Of a stretch of DNA of 64,000 nt, positions 1-8,631 are shown one piece after another. Origin of the DNA: an uncultured Desulfobacter sp. (lineage in GTDB: Bacteria; Desulfobacterota; Desulfobacteria; Desulfobacterales; Desulfobacteraceae); assembly GCA_963665095.1 (NCBI GenBank), contig OY762069.1:1984001-2048000 (forward strand), read 5' to 3'. Both the position numbers and the translations under genes were made by a program. Every line of letters starts with the position of its first letter. Positions within the stretch are counted from its first letter, which is position 1. Below the pieces are notes generated by a model. That model was not told where the DNA came from. It saw nothing but the letters and a program-made list of their open reading frames with translations, and ran no database searches.

Positions 1-89
1 ATGATCTGCTGAAGGGCCTGGCGATCCATGGCACAGCGCCTGGCCGCCTGGGTGATATTTTCCCGAGTCATGGGGAGCATGGAATTCAT
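1..89 (-). pseudogene. Fragment resembling the C-terminal Fis-type HTH of an NtrC-family (sigma54) regulator; runs off the window edge
   Basis: Minus strand reads MNSMLPMTRENITQAARRCAMDRQALQQI, similar to the GNITQAAR..GMDRQ Fis-HTH motif. No AAA+ coding sequence lies upstream. Confidence 0.45.
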
Positions 90-202
90 GGAATTCTAAT
101 TCGAATTCGGGAGTTCGGGGGACACCTTACTTAATTCCAACAAATGAAATGCTGTGGACGAGGCGCAGATTAAGGTGAATTTACCACCCCACTCCCCGAG
201 CC

Positions 203-254
203 GTTGAACAAACCATTTCACTTGGACAAGCCTGTGAACTCAACAACATTAGCT
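203..254 (+). other. Degenerate attC-like integron cassette site
   Basis: GTTGAAC, 5-nt spacer, ATTTCACT...TGTGAACT, then ATTAGCT. This is the R''-L''-L'-R' layout with a TTCAC/GTGAA pairing. The R' core is ATT instead of GTT. Confidence 0.35.
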
Positions 255-299
255 ACGACAGGGATTACAAAACATTCACTCTCACTTACGGGAATACAG

Positions 300-437
300 A
301 TGCAAAAAAATACACTGATTGAAAAATACTTACCTGAATACACATTCAATGAATATCATGAAATCCTCGTGGATAGCCCGATTGAAAATGTGTATGAAAT
401 TGCAAAGAATGTCGATCTGTCAAAATCAAAAATAATC
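300..437 (+). pseudogene. 5' fragment of a hypothetical protein (possibly DUF2867/SRPBCC-like), truncated by the IS66 end
   Basis: ATG at 300 gives MQKNTLIEKYLPEYTFNEYHEILVDSPIENVYEIAKNVDLSKSKII. The frame then runs into the IS terminus GTAACTATTCAGC at 438 and stops at 458. Confidence 0.5.
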
Positions 438-745
438 GTAACTATTCAGCTCCCCTGAACAAGATTATACTATCTTGAGGTACCTCGGAATCACTCATGC
501 AGAAATCCGGCAGGCGGCCTTCAAATAAAATCCGCAACGCCTCAATTGCTCTCATTCCATGTTTTTTTTACACGTTGACAGATAACTGCGAATTCGACAA
601 AAAATTGCAGCGCCCTCTGTTGAACGAAAACAGCCGGATATTTTTTGCTGAATTTTGTCATCCTGATGTCGTTTTCGCCCAGGTTATTGGTAAAGGGGAC
701 ATGCTCGTCATCCATAAAGCGGAGGGTTTCTGTTTAGTAATCAAG
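438..745 (-). mobile_element. IS66-family (ISBst12-like) right-end remnant with a degraded transposase C-terminus
   Basis: Manual translation: [79 protein letters not shown]...GAE*, with one stop and two frameshifts. Terminus GTAACTATTCAGC at 438 matches the GTAA start of IS66 IRs. Confidence 0.8.
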
Positions 746-968
746 CCTTCCTTCTTCCACCTGGTAAGCAAGGATCTGTGAACTTCATATTTAGATGATA
801 ACTCCGCTACTGTGTCCTGCTCTCGAATCATTTGAATTGCAACTTTAGCTTTGAACTTTCCGGTGTAGTTTTTCCTCATGAACCTCCTTTTTCGGTAAAA
901 ATTTGAATCGGGCTTTTAGCACCTTATGTGTAGCTTAGCAACTGGTTCAAATTCTGGGGTCCATTATA
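746..968 (-). mobile_element. Truncated IS3-family element (left end and partial orfA), fused to the IS66 remnant
   Basis: orfA starts at ATG 879 (MRKNYTGKFKAKVAIQMIREQDTVAELSSKYEVHRSLLTRWKKE) with a GGAGG RBS. 781-968 aligns without gaps to 2141-2328 (offset 1360) with many substitutions. Both ends read GGTCCATTATA. Confidence 0.85.
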
Positions 969-1137
969 ATGCTGGGAAGCAACCTGAGCGCCGTGGCTGG
1001 CGACGAAGACATGGGGGCAGTATACGTTTAATGTATGCTGTCCTTCCCCCATGTTTTTGTCCTTAATGCGTTAAATCCTCGCGCCTTAGCGCGAAATCAA
1101 TACCCCGTAGGGCCGCCGGAGGCATCAGGCCTTTCCT

Positions 1138-1944
1138 TTAAGCCGCTCGATAGACCGAAAACGGCACCTTATACCCCAGGGCTGAATGAAGTCTCTCCCG
1201 ATTATAAAACCCGATAAACGCTTTTAACGATTGCTGAGCCTCTCTTACCGTTCTGTAGTCCTTCAAATAGACTTCTTCGTATTTAATCGTTCTCCACAGC
1301 CGTTCCACAAAAACGTTGTCCAAGGCTCTGCCCTTTGAATCCATGCTGATTTTGATGTTTTTAGCCTGGAGTATCTTCAAAAATTTTAATGAAGTGAACT
1401 GACTACCCTGGTCAGTGTTGAAAATCTCAGGTGTCGATACAATCAATGCCTCCTCAAGGGCCTCAATACAAAATGTATTCTCAAGGGTGTTACTGAGGCG
1501 CCATGAAAGGACATATCTGCTAAACCAATCCATAACCGCCAATAAGTACATAAATCCGTTTCCAATTCTAATGTATGTGATATCTGTACTCCATACCTGA
1601 TCTGGCCTGTCAATTACGGCATTTTTCAGCAAATAGGGGTAAACTTTATGGCTTTCATCCCTCCTTGTTGTTTTAGGTCCTGGGTAAATCGCTTCTATTC
1701 TCATCAGCTTCATCAGGCGCTGTACTCGTTTCCTGCTTACCGGATACCCCATATTGTTCAGCCAGGCTGTAAGCCTACGGCTTCCATAAAAGGGGGTTTT
1801 GGTATGCTGCTCATCAAGCAGATCCATAAGGGTTAATGTATACGGGCTTATGGCTACCGGCCTGTAATACAACGCCCCTTTTGAAACCTGAAGCAGTTCA
1901 CACTGCCGGTTAATGCTGATGGAAGGATGTTGTTTATCTATCAA
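1138..1944 (-). CDS. IS3-family transposase OrfB (integrase-core DDE domain)
   Basis: Motifs YGSRRL, WSTDITY, NTDQGSQFTS, SMDSKGRALDNVFVERLWRTIKYE, YNRERLHSALGY. The frame is open back to the A9 run at 1977-1985. Confidence 0.93.
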   Translation of the reverse strand: MIDKQHPSISINRQCELLQVSKGALYYRPVAISPYTLTLMDLLDEQHTKTPFYGSRRLTAWLNNMGYPVSRKRVQRLMKLMRIEAIYPGPKTTRRDESHKVYPYLLKNAVIDRPDQVWSTDITYIRIGNGFMYLLAVMDWFSRYVLSWRLSNTLENTFCIEALEEALIVSTPEIFNTDQGSQFTSLKFLKILQAKNIKISMDSKGRALDNVFVERLWRTIKYEEVYLKDYRTVREAQQSLKAFIGFYNRERLHSALGYKVPFSVYRAA

Positions 1945-1954
1945 CCCCCTTCTG

Positions 1955-2239
1955 TCAGAGATTGATTGTATTAACCTTTTTTTTTAACCAGTCATTCTCA
2001 ACTTCGAGCTGACCGATTTTCTTATATAATTCGTCTATTAGATTCTGAGTATCATTTGGGCTTTTCTTTTTCGCTGATGAAAACAACGTCGGAAGACCCT
2101 CTATCGCTTCTTTCTTCCATCTGTTTAACATAGTTCGATGAACCTGGTATTTGGATGACAACTCCGCAAGAGTTTCATTTTCTCGAATCACATCAACTAC
2201 AACTTTAGCTTTGAACTTTCCGGTATAATTTTTTCTCAT
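1955..2239 (-). CDS. IS3-family transposase OrfA (HTH)
   Basis: ATG 2239 with GGAGG RBS; FKAKVV...LAELSSKYQVH...RWKK and ELYKKIGQLEVENDWLKKK. Confidence 0.9.
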   Translation of the reverse strand: MRKNYTGKFKAKVVVDVIRENETLAELSSKYQVHRTMLNRWKKEAIEGLPTLFSSAKKKSPNDTQNLIDELYKKIGQLEVENDWLKKKVNTINL

Positions 2240-2328
2240 GGACCTCCTTTTTCGGTACAAATTTGAACCGGGTTTTTATCACCTCATATGTACCTTAGCA
2301 ACTGGTTCAAATTTCGGGGTCCATTATA

Positions 2329-2611
2329 TACACACTCCCAGTCCGCCCTATATCTGTTTCTGGTGTGTGTGGCCGACAGTCAAGGCATCAGCTACTATGG
2401 AGATAAGGCGATCATGGATCGGCTGTGCATGGATTCTGATGGCCTGAAGACAGCACGTTCCGGGTTAATACAGAATGGGCTGATTGCCTGGCAGAGACCT
2501 ATTTACCAGGTGCTTGCCCTTGACCCTGCTCCTGGTAAATCAAAACGGCACGGCTCCATGCTGCGTCTTTCAGATATTCTAAAAGCAGCAGCGGAGGGCA
2601 ACCATGATTGA
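2329..2611 (+). pseudogene. 5'-truncated small winged-helix-like accessory ORF upstream of istA
   Basis: ...HSQSALYLFLVCVADSQGISYYGDKAIMDRLCMDSDGLKTARSGLIQNGLIAWQRPIYQVLAL... overlaps the istA start. The track's start at 2288 lies inside the IS3 left end. Confidence 0.6.
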
Positions 2612-4079
2612 TTACGAAACCTATGTTCAAATCAGAAATTACTTTACCCGAGACGGCCTGACATACAGCCAGATTGCCAATGCCCTTGATCTGGACCCCA
2701 GGACAGTTGCCAGGTGGGCCAACCTGAAAAGGTACCAGCCCAGACAGTCAGCCCCCAGAGAAAGCAAGCTTGATCCGTATAAGAACGCCATCCTGCATAT
2801 GCTTGAAAAACATCCCTACAGTTCCCGCCAGATATTTCAACGAATCACCCAGGATGGTTTTGCCGGGGGCATCACCATTGTTGAGGATTATGTCAGGAAG
2901 GTGCGGCCGCCCAAAACAAAGGCGTATTTGAAACTGAGTTTTGCTCCGGGTGAAGCTGCCCAGGTGGACTGGGGTTCTTATAGTACAGTAAGGGTGGGCA
3001 ACACGACCCGGCGGTTGAGCTTTTTTGTGATGGTGATGTGCCACAGCCGCATGATGTACGTTGAGTTCACGGTCTCCCAGACCATGGAGCATTTTTTAGG
3101 CTGCCACCAGAATGCATTTGAGTTTTTTGGAAAGGTGCCGGAAAAGGTCATGGTGGACAATCTCAAATCCGCTGTTCTAAAAAGACTGCTGGGGAAAGCC
3201 CCGGTCTTCAACCCCAGATACCTTGATTTTGCAGATTATTACGGATTTACAATTGTTCCCTGTAATGTGCGCAAGGGTAATGAAAAAGGCCGGGTTGAAA
3301 ATGCTGTGGGCTATGTCAAAAAGAATCTGCTCAACGGTCTTGAAATCCCTGATTTTAAGATCATGGAGCCCACCTGCAAACACTGGCTTGATACTGTCGC
3401 CAATGTCAGAACCCACGGAGAGACCGGTCAAAAGCCCGCAGAGATGTATGCCCTGGAATTGCCCCACCTATACCCTCTGCCGTCAGAACCCTATGATATC
3501 GGTGTGGTAAAGCAGGTACGGGCTTCAAGACAGTACAGGGTAGTCATCGATACAAATGCTTACACAGTACCCGCCCAGCTGGCAGGGGTGGCTTTGACTG
3601 CCAAGCTTTACCCTGATCGGATCTGCTTTTACCATGAAGACAAGTTGGTTGCCCGCCATGTCAGATCCTATGGCCGCAAAAACGACCTTGAAGATCCTGA
3701 TCACTCTAAAATCCTTTTGAGCCAGCGCAAAAAGGCCAGAGACCAGGCAATTTATATGCGTTTTTTAAGCATCTCTGACAAGGCCCGGGAGTATTACAGG
3801 CAATTGCAGAACAGGCGGCTTAACGCCTCCCATCATGTACGGCAAATCGTGGCCTTGAGTGAAATCTACTCCCGGGAACAAGTTGCCATGGCCATTGAAG
3901 ATGCCTTTAAGTTCTCTGCATTCTCATGTGAATACATCGCCAACCTCCTTGAGCAGCGGGTTCGGTCTCCCCAGGAGCCCGGAGCCCTGCATGTTACACA
4001 TAAAGCAGATTTACTGAACCTGACAATCCAGGAGCCTGATCTTAATATTTATACCGCCATAGGAGATAAAAATGCCTGA
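2604..4079 (+). CDS. istA: IS21-family transposase IstA
   Basis: N-terminal HTH (QIANALDLDPRTVARW); PGEAAQVDWG; DNLKSAV; EKGRVENAVGYVK; N.RTHGETG.KP. Confidence 0.95.
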   Translation: MIDYETYVQIRNYFTRDGLTYSQIANALDLDPRTVARWANLKRYQPRQSAPRESKLDPYKNAILHMLEKHPYSSRQIFQRITQDGFAGGITIVEDYVRKVRPPKTKAYLKLSFAPGEAAQVDWGSYSTVRVGNTTRRLSFFVMVMCHSRMMYVEFTVSQTMEHFLGCHQNAFEFFGKVPEKVMVDNLKSAVLKRLLGKAPVFNPRYLDFADYYGFTIVPCNVRKGNEKGRVENAVGYVKKNLLNGLEIPDFKIMEPTCKHWLDTVANVRTHGETGQKPAEMYALELPHLYPLPSEPYDIGVVKQVRASRQYRVVIDTNAYTVPAQLAGVALTAKLYPDRICFYHEDKLVARHVRSYGRKNDLEDPDHSKILLSQRKKARDQAIYMRFLSISDKAREYYRQLQNRRLNASHHVRQIVALSEIYSREQVAMAIEDAFKFSAFSCEYIANLLEQRVRSPQEPGALHVTHKADLLNLTIQEPDLNIYTAIGDKNA

Positions 4080-4806
4080 TCTTGAGAAATGCCTGTCCCA
4101 CTTAAAACTACCTTATATCAGGGAAAACTATGAGTCAGTGGCTACCCTGGCTGCCCAGAAGCAATGGAGCCACGTTCAATATCTATCAGAGCTTGCCAGG
4201 CATGAATCACTACTGCGCCATGATAAAACCATCCAGCGCCGTATCCGTATGGCCAAGTTCCCGGTAATCAAAACCCTGGACCAGTTCAACTGGTCATGGC
4301 CCAGAAAAATCAATCAGGCTCAGATCCAGAATCTGTTCAGACTCAAGTTCATTGAAGAAAAGGGTAACATTATCGTGATCGGCCCGGTCGGTGTTGGGAA
4401 AACACATATTGCGACTGCTTTAGGTTACCAGGCCTGCCTGAAAAACCATACGGTTCTGTTCTCTTCTGCCATTGATATCGTCAACAATCTGGTGGCAGCC
4501 CAGAAGGCGGGTCAGTTAAAGCAGGAACTGAGAAAATACCTCAAGCCAACTTTGTTGATCATGGATGAACTGGGCTACCTGCCCATTGACAAGATTGGGG
4601 CAGACCTGTTGTTCCAAATTATCAGTCAGCGCTATGAGCAAGGAGCCATCATAATAACCACAAACCGGGTGTTCAAAGATTGGCCGGAGATCTTCAACAA
4701 TGACATGACATTAACATCAGCTTTGCTGGACAGGCTTCTTCACCACACCGAGCCTGTGGTCATTGAGGGTAAGAGTTTTAGAATGAAAGATGTGACGGAA
4801 GAATAA
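4072..4806 (+). CDS. istB: IS21 helper ATPase IstB
   Basis: Walker A GPVGVGKT, Walker B LLIMDELGY, IITTN, ALLDRLLHH, GKSFR. Confidence 0.95.
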   Translation: MPDLEKCLSHLKLPYIRENYESVATLAAQKQWSHVQYLSELARHESLLRHDKTIQRRIRMAKFPVIKTLDQFNWSWPRKINQAQIQNLFRLKFIEEKGNIIVIGPVGVGKTHIATALGYQACLKNHTVLFSSAIDIVNNLVAAQKAGQLKQELRKYLKPTLLIMDELGYLPIDKIGADLLFQIISQRYEQGAIIITTNRVFKDWPEIFNNDMTLTSALLDRLLHHTEPVVIEGKSFRMKDVTEE

Positions 4807-5115
4807 CAAAGCCGAGGCCGGTCTACATGCATCTGGAGGCCGGCCCTTTAATCGCCTACATTTTTAAACCGGGAGATTTATGACATGTTCACGCCCCGCC
4901 TGACACTGATCTGTTTTTGTCTGGGACGCGGAGGGTGTTGATACCGTTGTGGGCCTTCTTAAAAAATCGTCGAAAAAGCATTTTATTGCAGAAAAGTGAA
5001 CATTACAGGTACTCCAGGCCAGCTTTCGTTCTTTGAGCAGATAAGGTTAAAATTCAGAAGAATGATGAAATATTATAATGAATAATGAAAGGTGTTTTTC
5101 TTGAATACCAGGTAG

Positions 5116-6348
5116 TTATGGTCTGTTTGCGGTTTTCCGCGAAGCGGTTTTGTTCAACAGTTGAATTGCATCAACCAGCTTCTGAGCTAAAATTTCTCTA
5201 TCGTATTTTTTCTCGGCCAGCCTTCTTGCATTACGCCCCATCAGGGCAAGCTCTTCAGGATTGTTTTTCAGCAGGTCCAATTTATGAATCAATTCAGAGG
5301 GGTCTTCCGGATCCACATAAATGCCGCAATGGTTATCTTCAACCATTGTTTTTGTCCAGCCGGCAGAATTAACGATAACGGGTTTACCAGCAGAAAGAGA
5401 ATCAAACAGTTTATTGGGAGAATTGGTTCGTAAAACAGGCAGATTCAGAAATGAAGTTATTGAGACATCGCAAAGGTTAACAATTTCCCGAACAATCTTC
5501 ATAGGGTGCTCGCCTAAGAATTGGACATTATTCAGATTATATGTCCTACAATACTCTTTTAGCTCTTTTTCGGTGTATCCTGACCCTAAAAATATGAAAT
5601 GGAACTCATTTAACTGATTATCCTGAGCATATTTCGCTGCTTGAACAATGTATCCCAGACCGTTCGCCAGCCCCATTGATCCAAAGTGAATAATATTAAA
5701 CCCGGTAAGGTTAATTTTGAAGGCCTTTGCAACCGCTTCATTTTTCTTATGGGGGAAAAATTCTTTAGGTTTTGACATATTGGGAATCAGGGTGATTTTA
5801 CTTCTTGAGACTTTCTGCCTCTCAATACCCGCCTTCATGCCTGGAGATAATGCAATAATATGAATGGCGTTTTTATAAATCAATTTTTCAAAGGCATATA
5901 AAATTTTCTCAAGCCACTTAAACGGCACAGCTCCCATCTGGACAGGAAAATCAGGCCATAAATCTCTGACTTCAAAAACAAATTTTTTTCTCTTAAACCA
6001 TTTTAAAAGCAAGGCTGGCATTCCGATGGTGAGCGGGGTAGATGTCGCAAATACAAGATCAATATCTTTTTGTTTAAAACTGCATACACACGACACTACC
6101 ATGAACTTAAGGTAAGAGGCGATACGGCCCAGTTTGCCCATCGTGTTAGCATAGGGAACTTCGATATATATGACTTTCAAATTATCTATTGTTGTCTCTT
6201 CAACCCTTTTTATTTCATTTTTGGGTCGTGAAGTCAGCATGATAACGTCATGCCCTGCAGCTAACATGGCCTGGGATAAATAATAAGAGCGCGTGCCACC
6301 AGCTTGAAAAGGCGTTTTAAAATATTGGTGTAAATATAAAATTTTCAT
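5116..6348 (-). CDS. Glycosyltransferase family 4 (WbuB-like)
   Basis: MKILYLHQYF...GGTRS, EVRDLWPD, GSMGLANGL, NSPNKLFDSLSAGKPVI. Confidence 0.9.
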   Translation of the reverse strand: MKILYLHQYFKTPFQAGGTRSYYLSQAMLAAGHDVIMLTSRPKNEIKRVEETTIDNLKVIYIEVPYANTMGKLGRIASYLKFMVVSCVCSFKQKDIDLVFATSTPLTIGMPALLLKWFKRKKFVFEVRDLWPDFPVQMGAVPFKWLEKILYAFEKLIYKNAIHIIALSPGMKAGIERQKVSRSKITLIPNMSKPKEFFPHKKNEAVAKAFKINLTGFNIIHFGSMGLANGLGYIVQAAKYAQDNQLNEFHFIFLGSGYTEKELKEYCRTYNLNNVQFLGEHPMKIVREIVNLCDVSITSFLNLPVLRTNSPNKLFDSLSAGKPVIVNSAGWTKTMVEDNHCGIYVDPEDPSELIHKLDLLKNNPEELALMGRNARRLAEKKYDREILAQKLVDAIQLLNKTASRKTANRP

Positions 6349-6450
6349 GATCTGTTTATCAGTTCAACCGCACCCTCCACGAGCGTGCAAAGGCTATTTT
6401 TACTACACCACTCTGCACCATTGGGAATGCAAATTGAATTTCAGATAACT

Positions 6451-7635
6451 TTATCTCACAGCAGTCGCCATGACAGCTTTTACCTGATCAATTACGTAAT
6501 CGATATTTTCCCTGGTGAGGGTCGGATGAACCTGAAACATCATGGAGGTGTCTCCCAAGAGGCGGGCATTGGGCAGGGTGTCTACCTGTCTGCCTGATGC
6601 CATAAGTCTGTGGGGATATTTGCTGAATGCACTTTCAAGGTAAATTTCAGGACAAATACCTGAGTTACAGGAGATACCTTTTTCACCCAGGGCATCCAGG
6701 ATCTCCGTGCTGCCCCATCCAGCCTTTAGCGCCTCAGGTTCAACAAAAACATAATATTTATAATAGGAATGGTATATGTAATCTGGCGGGATTGTCGTTC
6801 TAAGCCCCGGCACGGTTGAAAATGCCTCATTTAACAAATCAGCGTATTCATGACGTTGTTTCACCCACCTGTCCAGTTTTCTAAGCAGCACCCGTCCAAT
6901 AGCCGCCTGAATCTCAGTCATTCGGCAATTTGTTCCAAAACGTTTGACAAGCCACTTGAAGCTAGCGCCCGGGGTACTGCTAGCTGATTCTGTATACCCT
7001 TTGCCGTGATCTTTGAGGCTCCATACCAGATCTCGAATTTTATCATTATTGGTGACCAGCAATCCGCCCTCTCCACCAGTGGTCATAATTTTATCCTGGC
7101 AAAAAGAAAAAACGCCCATGTCTCCCATGCATCCCACTTTTATCCCTTTAAAGGACGCGCCATGGGCCTGGGCACAGTCTTCGATAAAAGCAATTCCATG
7201 ATGCCTGCATACAGCCTGTATCCGGTCAAGATCACAGGGCCAGCCAGCCAGATTGACAGCAATAACCGCCTTTGTCTTATCTGTAACGGCTGCATCAATG
7301 TTGGCTGCTGTTATATTCTGGCTGTCCAGGTCCACATCAACAAAAACCGGCACGGCACCTTTCAGGCAGACACAACTGACCGAGGCAATAAAAGATCTTG
7401 GGGTGACAATCACCTCGTCCCCAACCCCGACACCAAGTGCCTCTAAAGCAAGATCCAATGCCAGACTGCCGTTTGCCAGCGCCACTGCATACCGGCTGTC
7501 TGTATACCGGGCAAACTCATTTTCAAACAGGACAACTTCCTCTCCTGTCCACTGATTCACTTTACCGGTTTTTAAAACATCTACAACGGATTGAATTTCA
7601 TCTTCCTCAAAAACCGGCCACGGTGAAAATTCCAT
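6451..7635 (-). CDS. DegT/DnrJ/EryC1/StrS sugar aminotransferase (PglE-like)
   Basis: ANGSLALDLAL, IEDCAQAHGA, SFCQDKIMTTGGEGG (PLP lysine). Confidence 0.93.
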   Translation of the reverse strand: MEFSPWPVFEEDEIQSVVDVLKTGKVNQWTGEEVVLFENEFARYTDSRYAVALANGSLALDLALEALGVGVGDEVIVTPRSFIASVSCVCLKGAVPVFVDVDLDSQNITAANIDAAVTDKTKAVIAVNLAGWPCDLDRIQAVCRHHGIAFIEDCAQAHGASFKGIKVGCMGDMGVFSFCQDKIMTTGGEGGLLVTNNDKIRDLVWSLKDHGKGYTESASSTPGASFKWLVKRFGTNCRMTEIQAAIGRVLLRKLDRWVKQRHEYADLLNEAFSTVPGLRTTIPPDYIYHSYYKYYVFVEPEALKAGWGSTEILDALGEKGISCNSGICPEIYLESAFSKYPHRLMASGRQVDTLPNARLLGDTSMMFQVHPTLTRENIDYVIDQVKAVMATAVR

Positions 7636-7636
7636 A

Positions 7637-8038
7637 TTATTGCTCCAGATTTTTGATAATTTTCACAGGTGAGCCAAACGCCATGACATTATCGGGCAGA
7701 TCCCTGTTTATAAAGCTGTGGGCACCCACAACTGTGTTCTCCCCAATGGTGATACCAGGCACAATGGTTGAGTGGCTCCCGATACGACAATTTTTTTTTA
7801 ACACCACCTGTCCTTTTTTGCCATCAATGGTTGAAATAGAATAAATGGCGCAATGGGAACCGATTTGAACGTAATCTTCAATTCTGACTCCGCATTTTGC
7901 ATTGATGTATGAAAATGCGCCAATATCGGTCTTATAGCCCAGTTCAAAACCATCAATATGTTGAACTACCCAGTTATAGATAGTCGGCCTGCCATCAGTT
8001 ATTTCCGGGAATGTCCATTCAGTAAATCTGTGGTCCAT
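7637..8038 (-). CDS. Hexapeptide-repeat acyltransferase
   Basis: Left-handed beta-helix repeats (CRIGSHSTIVPGITIGENTVVGAHSFI...GSPVK). ATG 8038 overlaps the upstream stop (TAATG). Confidence 0.85.
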   Translation of the reverse strand: MDHRFTEWTFPEITDGRPTIYNWVVQHIDGFELGYKTDIGAFSYINAKCGVRIEDYVQIGSHCAIYSISTIDGKKGQVVLKKNCRIGSHSTIVPGITIGENTVVGAHSFINRDLPDNVMAFGSPVKIIKNLEQ

Positions 8039-8631
8039 TATCCGCAATCTCCCATAAACTCTTCAGCAGTGGCATGGCCTTCCTGATGAATCCCGCTGGG
8101 TTTAGTCAGCCGGGCCAGGGTTAACCATAAAATTTTCAGATCCAAAAAAAAATTATGATGATCCACATACCACACATCCAGTTCAAATTTTTTCTGCCAT
8201 GACAGCAGATTTCTGCCGTTTACCTGTGCCCATCCCGTAATCCCCGGCCTTACATCATGCCGTTTGGCCTGTTCCGTTGTATAACGATCCAGATACTGCA
8301 TGAGCAACGGCCTTGGCCCTACAAGACTCATGTCTCCTTTAATCACATTAAAAAGCTCTGGCAGCTCATCCAGGCTTAACTTCCTGAGCAAATCTCCCAG
8401 CGGTGTCATCCGGTCGGCATCCGGAAGCAATCTACCGTTCAGATCCCTTTCATATGTCAGGGTTCTGAACTTATACATAACAAAGGGCTGCCCCTTTAAT
8501 CCGGGTCTTTTCTGACAAAAAAACACAGGATACCCCAGTTTTGTTTTTACCAGCACGCCTATGACAAAGACTGCCGGCAATAAAATAACACCTGCACAAA
8601 CTGCAATTGAAAAATCAAACAGCCTTTTCAT
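8038..8631 (-). CDS. Monotopic phosphoglycosyl transferase (PglC-like bacterial sugar transferase)
   Basis: MKRLFD, KFRTL, SLDELPELFNVIKGDMSLVGPRPL, RPGITGWAQVNGR. An alternative start lies at 8655. Confidence 0.9.
   Translation of the reverse strand: MKRLFDFSIAVCAGVILLPAVFVIGVLVKTKLGYPVFFCQKRPGLKGQPFVMYKFRTLTYERDLNGRLLPDADRMTPLGDLLRKLSLDELPELFNVIKGDMSLVGPRPLLMQYLDRYTTEQAKRHDVRPGITGWAQVNGRNLLSWQKKFELDVWYVDHHNFFLDLKILWLTLARLTKPSGIHQEGHATAEEFMGDCG

Larger units (their letters stand above)
969..2328 (-). mobile_element. IS3-family insertion sequence (orfA+orfB); right end interrupted by the second IS3 copy
   Basis: HTH orfA and DDE orfB are present, and the left end at 2328 matches that of the copy at 968. 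The hairpin-rich 3' region (e.g. ACATGGGGG...CCCCCATGT, 1009-1054) ends abruptly at the other copy's left end. Confidence 0.85.
2329..4905 (+). mobile_element. IS21-family element (upstream accessory ORF, istA, istB); left end lost at the IS3 junction
   Basis: istA and istB are overlapping and intact. Probable right end ...CATGTTCACGCCCCGCCTGACA at 4905 (CA-3' terminus). Confidence 0.8.

Noticed and set aside
497..781. 94-aa plus-strand ORF and the chimeric 658..879 ORF
   Set aside because: The first is antisense to the IS66 transposase remnant. The second is IS3 orfA read through the fusion junction.
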